From: Deltaproteobacteria bacterium
Lineage (GTDB): Bacteria; Myxococcota_A; UBA9160; PR03
Assembly: GCA_035063765.1 (NCBI GenBank)
Contig: JAPSFT010000001.1
Coordinates: 7,497-71,496, forward strand
Length of the DNA stretch: 64,000 nt
Direction of reading: 5' to 3'
In this document: positions 1-8,597 of the stretch, piece by piece
Position numbering within the stretch: position 1 is the first letter of the stretch
How the letters are laid out: every line of letters starts with the position of its first letter
Notes under the pieces: model-generated
Told to the model about the DNA's origin: nothing
The model's input: the letters and a program-made list of their open reading frames with translations, nothing else
The model's database searches: none
Translations under genes and position numbers: made by a program

Positions 1-320
1 CGCAGGCGGCCCCGGCAGCGGAGCAGCGCACGCCAGCGGCCGGGCGCGCCGGCGGCCGGGCCGAGCACCAGCGCCTCGGCTGCGCCCCCGCTCGCCTTGC
101 GGCCACGCAGGCGCGCCGGCAGCACGCGCGTCGCGTTCACGACGAGCAGGTCGCCGGCGCGCAGCAGGCCGGCGAGATCCGACACCCGGTGGTGACGGAT
201 CCCCGCGCCTTCTCGCGCGAGGACGAGCAGCCGCGCCGACTCGCGCGGCTCGGCCGGGCGCTGCGCGATGCGCTCGGGCGGAAGCTCGAAGTCGAAGCCG
301 GCGAGCGGGTCCTCGCTCAC
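1..320 (-). CDS. queA: S-adenosylmethionine:tRNA ribosyltransferase-isomerase QueA, N-terminal part (gene runs off left edge)
   Basis: Hand translation of the minus strand from GTG at 320 gives VSEDPLAGFDFELPPERIAQRPAEPRESARLLVL...GDLLVVNATRVLPARLRGRKASGG. This is the canonical QueA N-terminus. It is truncated by the window edge and so is absent from the ORF track. Its start overlaps the stop of the upstream gene (GTGA). Confidence 0.85.
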   Translation of the reverse strand, partial: MSEDPLAGFDFELPPERIAQRPAEPRESARLLVLAREGAGIRHHRVSDLAGLLRAGDLLVVNATRVLPARLRGRKASGGAAEALVLGPAAGAPGRWRALLRCRGRL

Positions 321-1702
321 GGCGCCGGAGGGCCGGTGGGGGCGGCCGCCGGCTCCGGCGGGGCGCGAGGCGAGGCAGGGGGCGGCGCGGGCGGGGGCTG
401 CGGCGGACGAGACGGGGCGGGCAGCAGGCTCGCCCGGAGGGCGGGCGCCCCGGCGAGCGCGTCGTAGGAGAAGAGCGAGATCCCGGCGGGAGCGAGCGCG
501 CGCATCGCGTCGAGCTGGGCGCGCGCGCGGGCGGGATCCTTCTCGAAGAGCCACGCCCCGAGGCCCACCCACACGCGCTCGCCGCCGACACCACCGAGGG
601 CGGCGCGCGCGAGCTGGCGCAGCAGCCGGTCGTCGCGCGTGTAGGCCATCGGCACGGCGAAGTCGAGCAGCCCGTCCTCGAGCCAGCCGCGCCAGTCCTG
701 GTAGAGCGAGAGGTACGAGCGGTCCGCGTAGGCCCACACGGCCGCCGAGGTCTCGATCGAGGGCTTGGCGCCGCGCGCTGCCGAGGCGATCCGCAGCACC
801 ACCTCGCTGACCCGCTCGCGCCGCCACTCGTCCCAGCGGTCCGCATTGCCGAGGCCGTCGCCGTAGGGCGCCACGAGGCCGGTCTCGCGCTGGAAGCGGG
901 CGCGGGAGGCCGCGCCGTAGCCGAAGTCCATTCCCACGCCGAAGCGCGAGCCGGGGATGAAAGGCAACACGTCGGGGTGACGGATGTAGTCGAGGTGGAC
1001 CCCGTCGAGCGCCGGGTAGCGCCCGACGAGCTCGCCGACCAGCGCCGCCAGCGTCTCGCCGACGACCGGCACGGCGGGGTCGAGCCACACCTGGGGCGTC
1101 CCCATCCGGTACCAGCGCCGGTCGGGCTCCGGGAAGTCGAGGTCCGGATAGCCGAGAACGCTGCGCCCGCGACGGTCGACCATGACGGCGTCGGGCCCGA
1201 GCTTCGCGAGCAGCGCGGCATCACGGCGCGTGGAGAGGGAGAGCGCGTTGACCCAGGCGTGGACGCGGAGCCCCGCACCGTGCGCCTGTGCGAGCAGCAC
1301 CGCGAAGGGGTCGACGCCCGAACGCTCGCGCGCCGCGCGGTGCGGCCCGGCATCGACCACCGAGGAGCTGAACCAGGCGCGCCCGCCGCGGTAGACCTGC
1401 ACGAACAGGTCGGTGGCGCCGAGGGCGCGGGCGTCGGCGACGAGCGCCGGGATCCGCGCCGGATCGTCGAGCACGCGCACCGCCCCTTCGCAGGGCACCC
1501 AGAGCGCGAGGCGCGGGGCCGGCGCGGTCGAGGTCGCGGCGGCGGTGATGGCGCTAGGCGTGGCTCCCGGGGGCGCCGCGGCGGCCGGGGCGAGCGGGCC
1601 GGGCAGGGTCTTCTCGGCGGCGACGGCATCCGCACCGCCGACGGCGGTCAGCAGGCCGAGCGCGACGAGGAGCCGCCATCCGATGGAGCGCGCCCGCTGC
1701 AA
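317..1702 (-). CDS. glycoside-hydrolase-like (GHL10 / DUF187, YngK-YddW type) secreted lipoprotein
   Basis: 461-aa ORF with an N-terminal signal peptide (WRLLVALGLLTAVGGADA). TIM-barrel-like motifs are present: LFVQVYRGGRAWF, GLRVHAWVNAL, HLDYIRHP. The C-terminal tail is Pro/Ala-rich. Confidence 0.8.
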   Translation of the reverse strand: MQRARSIGWRLLVALGLLTAVGGADAVAAEKTLPGPLAPAAAAPPGATPSAITAAATSTAPAPRLALWVPCEGAVRVLDDPARIPALVADARALGATDLFVQVYRGGRAWFSSSVVDAGPHRAARERSGVDPFAVLLAQAHGAGLRVHAWVNALSLSTRRDAALLAKLGPDAVMVDRRGRSVLGYPDLDFPEPDRRWYRMGTPQVWLDPAVPVVGETLAALVGELVGRYPALDGVHLDYIRHPDVLPFIPGSRFGVGMDFGYGAASRARFQRETGLVAPYGDGLGNADRWDEWRRERVSEVVLRIASAARGAKPSIETSAAVWAYADRSYLSLYQDWRGWLEDGLLDFAVPMAYTRDDRLLRQLARAALGGVGGERVWVGLGAWLFEKDPARARAQLDAMRALAPAGISLFSYDALAGAPALRASLLPAPSRPPQPPPAPPPASPRAPPEPAAAPTGPPAP

Positions 1703-1765
1703 GGTGGCGCGAACCTAGTGGAGAGCCCCGGGCGTCACAACGAGCATCTGGCACACTGCGCGGCG

Positions 1766-3796
1766 ATGGGAGGCCTGCTCGCGCGGATCGTGCTCGTCGC
1801 GCTCGGGGCGGGTGCCGCCGGCGCCATCCCGGCCGGGCCGGTGGAGCCGGTCCGGGCGATCGAGGTTGCCGGAGCGCATCTGCCCGAGCCGGCCGTCCGG
1901 GCCGCGAACGCGCTGCGCGCCGGCGCCTCCGCCCGCGAGCCCGCCGGCGCGGCCGAGCGCTACGCCGCGGCGGCCCTCGCCGAGCCCGCCGTGGCCGCGC
2001 GCGCCCGGCGGCTCGAGGCCCGGGCCTGGCTCGCCGCGGGTCGGCCGGCCGAGGCCGAGCGCGCCGCGCGGAGCGGGCTCGCGGCGAGTCCGGCATCCGC
2101 GGACGTCCTGGCGGGCCTGTACGAAGCGCTTGGCGCTGCGCGACGCGCCGCGGGCGACGAGGCCGGTGCGCGCAGCGCGTGGGCCGAGGCGCTGCAAAGC
2201 GGGCCCGACGCGGAGCTCCGTGCGACGCTGCGCCTGCGCCTCGGGGAGTCGCTCCTCGCGGCCGGCGCGACGGAGGCTGCGATCGTCCCGCTCCGTGCGC
2301 TCTGGATCGAGGCGCCGGAGCGCGAGGAGGCGCGGGTCGCCGGCGAGCGGCTGGCGGCGCTCGGGCCGGAGCCCGCAGCGCCGCTCGGCAGCGCCGCCGA
2401 TCGCCGCGCGCGCGCCGATCGGCTCTACGCGCTCCAGCGTAGCGAGGCGGCGCTCGCCGAGTACGACGCCGCGCTCGCGATCGGGGCGAGCGGCTCCGAG
2501 CAAGCGCATGCCCGGCGCCGCCGTGCCGACTGCCTCTTCCGGCTGCGTCGCTATGCCGAGGCGGAGGCGGCCTTCGCCGCGCTCGGCGACGATCCCGAGG
2601 CGCGCCTGTGGCGCGCGCGCGCGCAGGCGCGGCGGGGAGCGGTCGAGGGGGCGGTGGCGGCGCTCGAGGCGCTCGGCCGCGAGCAGGACGAGGGCACCTC
2701 GGCCTGGGCGCGGCAGCTCGCCGGGCAGCTCCACGCCGGGCGCGGGCGCAGCGATCGCGCGCGCACGCTCTTCGCGTCGGTCGCGGGCGACCCGAGCGCC
2801 AGCGACGCGATCGCCAGCGACGCGCTCCGGCAGCTCGCCTGGTCGGCCTGGCGCGCCGGCGATCCGCGCGAGGCGCAGGCGCGCTTCGCAGCGCTCGCCG
2901 CGCGCCAGCGCGACCCGATCGAGCAGCTCGAGGCGCGCTACTGGGAGGCGCGGGCGCGGGGAGGGGAGGGGGGGGCGCGCGCGCTCGCGGCCCTCGCGGG
3001 CGAATACCCCTTCAGCTACTACGGCTGGCGCGCCGCGCAGCAGGGCGAGACGGCCCCCGTCACGCCGCCCCCGGTGCCGCCGGGCACGCGCGCGCTCGAC
3101 GGCGCAGCCCTGCTCGCCGCCCGCATCCTCGTCGCAGCGGGCCTCACGGACGAGGCGCGTGCGGAGCTGCGTGCGCTCGACGGCCGTGCAGCCGGCCTCG
3201 ACGACCGGCTGGCCCTCGCCACCCTCCACGCGGCGGCGGGCGACTGGAGCGGGGCGCAGGGCCTCGTCGTCTCGGCCTACGGGGAGCGGCTCGCGCGCGG
3301 GCCGGTCAACGGGCCGCCGGCGCTCTGGCGGCTCGCCTGGCCCGAGGCGTACCCCGAGGCGCTGGCCGCCGCGCAGCTCGCAGACGGCGCCGAGCCCGCG
3401 CTCGTGCGCGCCCTCATGCGCGAGGAGAGCCGCTACGAGCCCGGCGCGATCTCGGTCACCGGCGCGCTCGGGCTCCTCCAGGTCATGCCCGACACCGGCG
3501 CGCGTCTGGCCCGCGAGCTCGGCATGGCGGACTTCGCGGCGCCGCAGCTCCTCGACCCGCCCACGAACCTGCGCCTCGGAAGCGCCTACCTCGCGAGCCT
3601 GCTGCGGCGCTTCGACGGCGCGCTCGCGCCCGCCGTGGCCAGCTACAACGCGGGCCCGGGCCCGGTCGCCGAGTGGCTCGCTGCCGGCCCCCGCGCGGAG
3701 GACGAGTGGGTGGACGCGATCCCCTACACCGAGACACGCGCCTACGTGAAGCGCGTCCTGCGCAGCCGCCACGCGTACCGGACGCTCGCGCCGTGA
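1766..3796 (+). CDS. slt: soluble lytic murein transglycosylase (Slt70-like)
   Basis: An in-frame ATG at 1766 lies inside ORF 977..3796. The protein has an N-terminal hydrophobic signal and a long Ala/Arg-rich helical repeat region. The C-terminal SLT catalytic domain reads LMREESRYEPGAISVTGALGLLQVMP ... SYNAGPG. Confidence 0.9.
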   Translation: MGGLLARIVLVALGAGAAGAIPAGPVEPVRAIEVAGAHLPEPAVRAANALRAGASAREPAGAAERYAAAALAEPAVAARARRLEARAWLAAGRPAEAERAARSGLAASPASADVLAGLYEALGAARRAAGDEAGARSAWAEALQSGPDAELRATLRLRLGESLLAAGATEAAIVPLRALWIEAPEREEARVAGERLAALGPEPAAPLGSAADRRARADRLYALQRSEAALAEYDAALAIGASGSEQAHARRRRADCLFRLRRYAEAEAAFAALGDDPEARLWRARAQARRGAVEGAVAALEALGREQDEGTSAWARQLAGQLHAGRGRSDRARTLFASVAGDPSASDAIASDALRQLAWSAWRAGDPREAQARFAALAARQRDPIEQLEARYWEARARGGEGGARALAALAGEYPFSYYGWRAAQQGETAPVTPPPVPPGTRALDGAALLAARILVAAGLTDEARAELRALDGRAAGLDDRLALATLHAAAGDWSGAQGLVVSAYGERLARGPVNGPPALWRLAWPEAYPEALAAAQLADGAEPALVRALMREESRYEPGAISVTGALGLLQVMPDTGARLARELGMADFAAPQLLDPPTNLRLGSAYLASLLRRFDGALAPAVASYNAGPGPVAEWLAAGPRAEDEWVDAIPYTETRAYVKRVLRSRHAYRTLAP

Positions 3797-4761
3797 GCAC
3801 CCCGCTCCTCCGCGAGCGCGCGGGTCCCTTCGAGCTCGACCTCCTCGGGATGGGCCAGTGCTCGATCGACCACGTCTGCACGGTCGAGGGCCTGCCGCCG
3901 CTCGGGGGCAAGCTCGCGATGCTGGCCTACGAGGTGCTGCCGGGCGGGCAGGTGGCGACGGCGCTGGTCGCGGCCGCCCGGCTCGGGCTGCGGGGCGCCT
4001 TCGTCGGCAGCACGGGCAGCGACATCGGTGCCACCGTGGCGCTGGCCCCGCTCGAGGCGGCCGGCGTCGACGTGGCCGGGGTGCGCCGCGTGGCGGGCGC
4101 CGCGACGCGGCTCGCGGTGATCCTCGTCGACCGCGCGAGCGGCGAGCGCACGGTGCTCGGCTATCGCGATCCGCGCCTGCGCCTGCACGCCGCGGACCTG
4201 CCGGCGGCGCGGCTTGCGAGCGCGCGCTGCCTGCTCCTGGACGGCGAGGATCCGGCGGCCGCGACCCACGCCGCGCGGGCGGCACGGCAGCTCGGCGTGC
4301 CGGTCGTTCTCGACGTCGACGCCGGGGGGCCAGAGCTCGAGCCGCTGCTCGCGGCGGCCGACTTCCCCGTGGTGTCGCGCGGCTTCGCCGAGGCGCTCGG
4401 CGGCGCGGGCGGGGTGCGCGGGGGCCTCGCGCGGCTGGTCGCGCTCGGGGCGCGGATGGCGGTCGCGACGCTCGGCGAGCACGGCTGTCTCGCGCGCCTC
4501 GGCGAGCGCGAGATCGCGAGCCCCGCATTCGCGATCACGCCCCGCGACACGACCGGCGCCGGCGACGTCTTCCACGCCGCCTTCGCCTGGGGTCTGCTCG
4601 AGGGGCTCGCGCCGGAGGCGCTCCTGCAGGCGGCCAACGCCGCGGCCGCGATCAGCTGCCGGGCGCTCGGCGCCCAGGGCGGGCTTCCGACCCGCGCCGA
4701 GCTCGCGGTCTTCCTGCGCGACCACGAGCCCGGCCCCTGGCGCGAGCCCGCACCGCACTGA
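3793..4761 (+). CDS. PfkB-family carbohydrate kinase (ribokinase-like)
   Basis: GTG at 3793 overlaps the slt stop (GTGA) and is in frame with ORF 2608..4761. It carries the ribokinase-fold glycine motif (LPGGQVATALVAAARLG) and the C-terminal PfkB signature DTTGAGDVFHAAF. Confidence 0.85.
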   Translation: MSTPLLRERAGPFELDLLGMGQCSIDHVCTVEGLPPLGGKLAMLAYEVLPGGQVATALVAAARLGLRGAFVGSTGSDIGATVALAPLEAAGVDVAGVRRVAGAATRLAVILVDRASGERTVLGYRDPRLRLHAADLPAARLASARCLLLDGEDPAAATHAARAARQLGVPVVLDVDAGGPELEPLLAAADFPVVSRGFAEALGGAGGVRGGLARLVALGARMAVATLGEHGCLARLGEREIASPAFAITPRDTTGAGDVFHAAFAWGLLEGLAPEALLQAANAAAAISCRALGAQGGLPTRAELAVFLRDHEPGPWREPAPH

Positions 4762-4805
4762 AGGCCGCCGGCCGGCGCGCCGATGCAGGGCGCCGGGAGG
4801 GCACC

Positions 4806-5249
4806 ATGACGAGGATGCGCCGCGACGGGCGCGTGAGCGCCGGCCTGCTGCTCGGGATCCTCCTGGTCCTCGCCGCGGCCGGCGCGTGGAACTACCGGCG
4901 CAATCTCGCTGCCGAGCAGGCCGAGCGCGCGAAGCGCCCGCTCGCAGGCTACACGACGGCGGATCTCGAAGCCCTGGCCGAGGCCTATCGTGCCGAGGTG
5001 GCCGAGCTCTCGAGCCGCTACGACGCGGCGCGCGGCCAGCGCGTTGCGACCGAGGAGCAGGGCTTCTTCGGCGAGCAGATCGACGAGTACGAGCGCGTGC
5101 GCCGCCGGAGCGGCCAGCGCCGCGAGGCCGGGGCCGAGCTCGGGCAGGGCGAGGCGGCGCTGCGCGACGTGGAGGCCGAGCTGCGCGCGCGCGGCGGCGA
5201 GGGCGGCTCCGCCTGGAGCGTGCACCTGCGCCGGCTCACGAGCTTCTAG
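4806..5249 (+). CDS. hypothetical membrane-anchored coiled-coil protein
   Basis: ATG at 4806 is in frame with ORF 3858..5249. It has one N-terminal TM helix (SAGLLLGILLVLAAAGAW) followed by a charged helical region. I recognise no family. Confidence 0.6.
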   Translation: MTRMRRDGRVSAGLLLGILLVLAAAGAWNYRRNLAAEQAERAKRPLAGYTTADLEALAEAYRAEVAELSSRYDAARGQRVATEEQGFFGEQIDEYERVRRRSGQRREAGAELGQGEAALRDVEAELRARGGEGGSAWSVHLRRLTSF

Positions 5250-5250
5250 C

Positions 5251-5949
5251 CTACTCCTCCTCGGGCCCCCCGAAGGGCTCCTCGTCCTCGACCTCGCCGG
5301 TCGGGAAGAGGTCCTCTTCGGCGTCGTCGATATCGGTGCGCACGCCGAGGTCGAACTCCTCGTCGTAGCGGACCGTCCCGTCGTCCTCGTCGTCGAGCAG
5401 CGGGGCCATCGGACGCGGCTGCTTCTTCGGCGGCGGCGGGGCCGGAGCGGACTGCAGGCTGACCTTCGGGCGCTGGCGCTGGTCGGCGCCGCACTTCGGG
5501 CACAGCGGCTCGGGCCTGTGCAGGTCGTAGAAGCGCGAGCCGCACTGGTAGCAGCTCCACTTGGTCCCGAGCTTCGAGCCGACGCCGCTGCCCACCGTGA
5601 CGGCAACGGTCCGCGGCGGACCCGAGCGCTTCCGTGCGGGCGCAGGCGGCGGCGGCGGCGCAGCCTCGCGCCGGCGCGACGCCGGCGACGGCGTCGCCGC
5701 CTTCGTCTCCTTGGCGGGCGGCGTCGTGGCGCGGGCCGCTCGATCACCCGTCCGGGTGGGCTTCTGCGGCTTCACCGGCGCCGGCGCGGACGCGGGCGTG
5801 CGCGCCTTCCCCGCGTCCTTCGTCTTCGCCGCCGGCTTCTTCGCCTCCGCCTTCCGCGTGTCCGCCGGCTTGCGCTTCGTGGCCGCCTTCTTCTCGGGGC
5901 GGGCCGGCTTCCTGGCGGTGGCCTTCGAGCTGCTCTTCTTCGTCGCCAT
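5251..5949 (-). CDS. FYDLN_acid (TIGR02300-type) zinc-ribbon protein with basic Lys/Ala/Pro-rich N-terminal extension
   Basis: The core reads WSCYQCGSRFYDLHRPEPLCPKCG (CxxC ... FYDL ... CxxC) and is followed by an acidic tail (DDEDD..., EVEDEEPFGGPEEE). ATG at 5949 overlaps the stop of the upstream gene (TGATG). An alternative short form could start at GTG 5595. Confidence 0.8.
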   Translation of the reverse strand: MATKKSSSKATARKPARPEKKAATKRKPADTRKAEAKKPAAKTKDAGKARTPASAPAPVKPQKPTRTGDRAARATTPPAKETKAATPSPASRRREAAPPPPPAPARKRSGPPRTVAVTVGSGVGSKLGTKWSCYQCGSRFYDLHRPEPLCPKCGADQRQRPKVSLQSAPAPPPPKKQPRPMAPLLDDEDDGTVRYDEEFDLGVRTDIDDAEEDLFPTGEVEDEEPFGGPEEE

Positions 5950-7349
5950 CACCCCCCCTTCGGTGCGAGGCGGATCGCCTCGTGCGGCAGGCTGCAAACG
6001 CCGAGCGCGCGCAGGTCGTCCTCTCCGTCGATGCGGGCGTGGTCGAGCTCCACCCATGCGTCGCGCGGGACCTCGATGCCCGCCGCCGCGAGCCAGCGGC
6101 GCGCGAGCGCGTCGAGCGCGCTCCGCGAGGTCTCGGGCGAGTCGCCACCCTCGGCGTTCTTCACGGGCGCGTACTCGTCCACGCGCTCGATCTCGAGGAT
6201 GGCCACGCGCGAGGCCGCGGGCAGGGCGTCGAAGAGGAAGCGCTCGAGCTTGTAGCCGTTCGGCTCGGCGGGTCGCACGCGGTGGCCGGCCGGATCCACG
6301 AACGGGATCTTCTTCGCCGACGCGTGATAGGGGAGCAGGTGTTCCGCGTCGGCGGCGACGCGCCGGGCGAACGACACGTCGAGCGCGTGGATCGCGATGC
6401 TTCCGGCCCAGTAGACGAGCGCGCCGGTTCCATCGCGCAGGTGCCGGTGCTCGTCGTCGATCTCGGTGTACTCGACCACGCCGATCCGCCCATCGACGCG
6501 CGCCACCACACCGACCTTCTCCATCGGGTCCGCCTTGCGCACCACCTTCGCCGACATCTCGGCGCCCTCGAGCGCGTGGAGCCCCAGGAAGACCGGGTCG
6601 GCGAGCGGCACCAGGGGGTTGTCCACCTGGTAGTAGGAGATCGTGGTGATGCCGCGCCGCGCGAGCTCGGCAAGGGCGCCGGAGTCCGCGAGCGCCTGGA
6701 AGGCGCCGCCGTGGCCGTTCGGGCTCTCGACGATCCGACCGGGCGCCTCGAGCAGCAGGCGGCCCTCGAAGTCGAGCGCCGGTGCCGTCGCCTGGCACAG
6801 GAACACGACGTCCTCGGCGGGCAGCCCGAAGTGCGCCTGCTCGGCGAGGAAGGCGCGGGTGGGCGCGTCGGTGGCGGGGCTCGTCATCACGAGCCAGGGG
6901 ATCGGCGTACCCCAGCGCCGGCGCGCGGCGTGGAGCTTCTGGGCCTGGAGCTCGAAGAGCGTGCGGCCCGTCACCGGACCGAGCGGGAAGACCCCCTTGG
7001 GCGCATCGAAGCCGAGCCGGGTCCCCTGGCCGCCGGCCACCACCATCACCGCCACGCGCCCCTCGCGAAGCAGGGCCTCGCCCCGCTCGCGCGCCTCCGC
7101 CCGGCGGCCGGGATCACCCCCGTGGGAGGGAAGGGCCTCGACCTCTGCCGGCTCGAGCTTCCAGGTCCCAGGGCCCGCGAGCTGGCGGGTGTGCTCGAAG
7201 CTCCGCTGGAGCTCCCCGAGATCCAGCCGGGAGGCCTGTTCGGCGAGCGCACGGCGCTCCCCGGGCTCCAGCTCCTCCCAGAACCGGAACACGTGATCCT
7301 GCCCGAACGCTCGGAAGCGCTCGCGGAGCTGCTCGATGGATTGCGTCAC
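5949..7349 (-). CDS. UDP-N-acetylglucosamine / UDP-sugar pyrophosphorylase (UDPGP, UAP1-like)
   Basis: Family motifs are present: MVVAGGQGTRLGFDAPKG, SPNGHGG, YYQVDNPL, KLERFLFD. I prefer GTG at 7349 (VTQSIEQLRERF...) as the start. The ORF-track ATG at 7469 adds 40 residues with poorer third-position GC. Confidence 0.85.
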   Translation of the reverse strand: MTQSIEQLRERFRAFGQDHVFRFWEELEPGERRALAEQASRLDLGELQRSFEHTRQLAGPGTWKLEPAEVEALPSHGGDPGRRAEARERGEALLREGRVAVMVVAGGQGTRLGFDAPKGVFPLGPVTGRTLFELQAQKLHAARRRWGTPIPWLVMTSPATDAPTRAFLAEQAHFGLPAEDVVFLCQATAPALDFEGRLLLEAPGRIVESPNGHGGAFQALADSGALAELARRGITTISYYQVDNPLVPLADPVFLGLHALEGAEMSAKVVRKADPMEKVGVVARVDGRIGVVEYTEIDDEHRHLRDGTGALVYWAGSIAIHALDVSFARRVAADAEHLLPYHASAKKIPFVDPAGHRVRPAEPNGYKLERFLFDALPAASRVAILEIERVDEYAPVKNAEGGDSPETSRSALDALARRWLAAAGIEVPRDAWVELDHARIDGEDDLRALGVCSLPHEAIRLAPKGG

Positions 7350-7488
7350 GTCGTCTGGTCGCTGCCCGGGGGCTCGAAGGCGGCGGGCGGAGTAGCACAG
7401 AAGCCCCCCGTTGCAACGACGGAGCCGGAAGCGGGAGGCCCTGAACCCGACTTCCTGGTGATTTGACATAATGAATCTTATCGGACAT

Positions 7489-7505
7489 CACACACACAGA
7501 GAGAG
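7489..7505. repeat. compound dinucleotide microsatellite (CA)5(GA)3G
   Basis: CACACACACAGAGAGAG was read directly. It lies in an AT-rich intergenic patch next to a TTGACA hexamer (7463-7468). Confidence 0.9.
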
Positions 7506-7510
7506 CAACG

Positions 7511-7528
7511 ATCCCGGTACGCCGGGAT
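7511..7528 (-). terminator. hairpin downstream of the lectin gene (weak terminator candidate)
   Basis: ATCCCGG-cgta/tacg-CCGGGAT forms a 7-bp stem. On the minus strand it is followed by CGTTGCTCTCTCTGTGTG, which is T-rich but not a clean U-tract. Confidence 0.35.
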
Positions 7529-7568
7529 GAAGGCTCCGGGTCCACGGGCATACCGATCGAGCCCCGCC

Positions 7569-8549
7569 TCAGGAGCGCCGGCGCCTCGCTGCGCGCAGCG
7601 CACCGAGCCCGGCGAGCGCGATCCAGCCGGCCTCCGCGCCGAGCTCGGGGACGACGGTGTAGTGGTAGGCGGGCGTGCCACTCGACCAGTTCTCGAAGTG
7701 GGTCGCGTAGTCGAAGCGCGCGGCGCGAACGAGGTCGAAGCCGGCCGTGACGTAGCGCTCGAGGATCACGCGACAGCCGTACCCACCGCAGGGCACCGAG
7801 TAGCCGTAGCGGATCGCGTTCTCGGCGCTCTCGGCGCTCACCAGGGTCGTCGTGATCGGGTCGAGGCCGTCGAAGCGGATCGCAAGGCCGCCGACGTCGA
7901 GGTCGAGCACGTAGGCCTGGTTCGAGAACACGCCGCTGAAGCCCGTCGCGCTGGCGGTGAGCGTCGCGCCGGCAGGGAGCGGGAAGACGAGCCCCTCGCT
8001 CGCGACCTCGAAGGTCCCGAAGGTGCCCGAGAGCACGCCGGGACCGACCGAACCATCGACCTCCGCGCTCCAGTCTACCTGCACCGTGACCGGGCCGGGC
8101 GGGACCACCTCGGCGACGGCGCGGAACACCGTGCTCCCGGAGTTGTCGTTCCAGAGGTAGTTGTTCAGCTCGACCGCGTTGCCGTCGCCGCTCGGCTGCC
8201 CGCCGGCGACCCACCAGCTCGTGTAGGCGGTGGGGCGACCGCTCGTCCAGACGAAGGTGCCCTCTTCCTCGACGTCGTTGAGCCCGATCCAGAGCGGCCC
8301 GCCGTGGATCGGGGCGAAGGTCTCCCAGACCCAGGTGTTCTCGGCCGCGTCGAGGATCGCGACCAGGTTGCCGCCGAGCGCGTTGGCCTCGGCCTCGGCA
8401 GCGGCCCAGGTGTTCGGCGAGAGCAGGTAGTAGTCGTGGCCCGTCGCCGGATTCCGGATCGGCCCGGCCTCGACCGCGGCCTGCGCGGTGGACGCGACGA
8501 GTACGGCGAGCAGCCCGAGCGAGAGTGCGCGGTGGCGGCGAGACGACAT
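7569..8549 (-). CDS. secreted C-type lectin domain protein with PEP-CTERM-type C-terminal sorting signal
   Basis: It has a signal peptide (LSLGLLAVLVASTAQA). CTLD-like motifs are YYLLSPNTWAAAEAEANALGGNLVAI ... WIGLNDVEEEGTFVWTSG. The C-terminus is VPELGAEAGWIALAGLGALRAARRRRS. Confidence 0.8.
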   Translation of the reverse strand: MSSRRHRALSLGLLAVLVASTAQAAVEAGPIRNPATGHDYYLLSPNTWAAAEAEANALGGNLVAILDAAENTWVWETFAPIHGGPLWIGLNDVEEEGTFVWTSGRPTAYTSWWVAGGQPSGDGNAVELNNYLWNDNSGSTVFRAVAEVVPPGPVTVQVDWSAEVDGSVGPGVLSGTFGTFEVASEGLVFPLPAGATLTASATGFSGVFSNQAYVLDLDVGGLAIRFDGLDPITTTLVSAESAENAIRYGYSVPCGGYGCRVILERYVTAGFDLVRAARFDYATHFENWSSGTPAYHYTVVPELGAEAGWIALAGLGALRAARRRRS

Positions 8550-8597
8550 CGATCGGGTTCCTCCGAGCGGCTTGGCACCGCGTGCGATCCGAACCGT

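Noticed and set aside
4019-4033. A minus-strand TGGCAC-N5-TCGC match (GG-N10-GC) lies inside the PfkB kinase gene. A near-match, TGGCACACGAAGCG on the minus strand around 43427, also occurs.
   Set aside because: The first is deep inside a coding region with no gene start downstream, and only the GC of the -12 element matches. The second has GG-N9-GC spacing, which sigma-54 does not tolerate.
1715-4528. Very long ORFs on the strand opposite to, or out of frame with, the genes I call. Examples are 1715..4528(-), 18549..21914(+), 20605..22596(-), 27166..29538(-), 32495..35422(-), 44903..47494(-) and 59868..62345(-).
   Set aside because: Their translations are dominated by Arg/Pro/Gly/Ala runs with no recognisable motifs. 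They overlap ORFs that have clear family signatures. These are the typical stop-codon-poor shadow frames of GC-rich DNA.
7350-7469. ATG at 7469 as the start of the UDP-sugar pyrophosphorylase, as given by the ORF track.
   Set aside because: The extra 40 codons have noticeably lower third-position GC, a junk-like sequence (RFRLRRCNGGLLCYSARR) and no counterpart in the family N-terminus. GTG 7349 is preferred but not proven.
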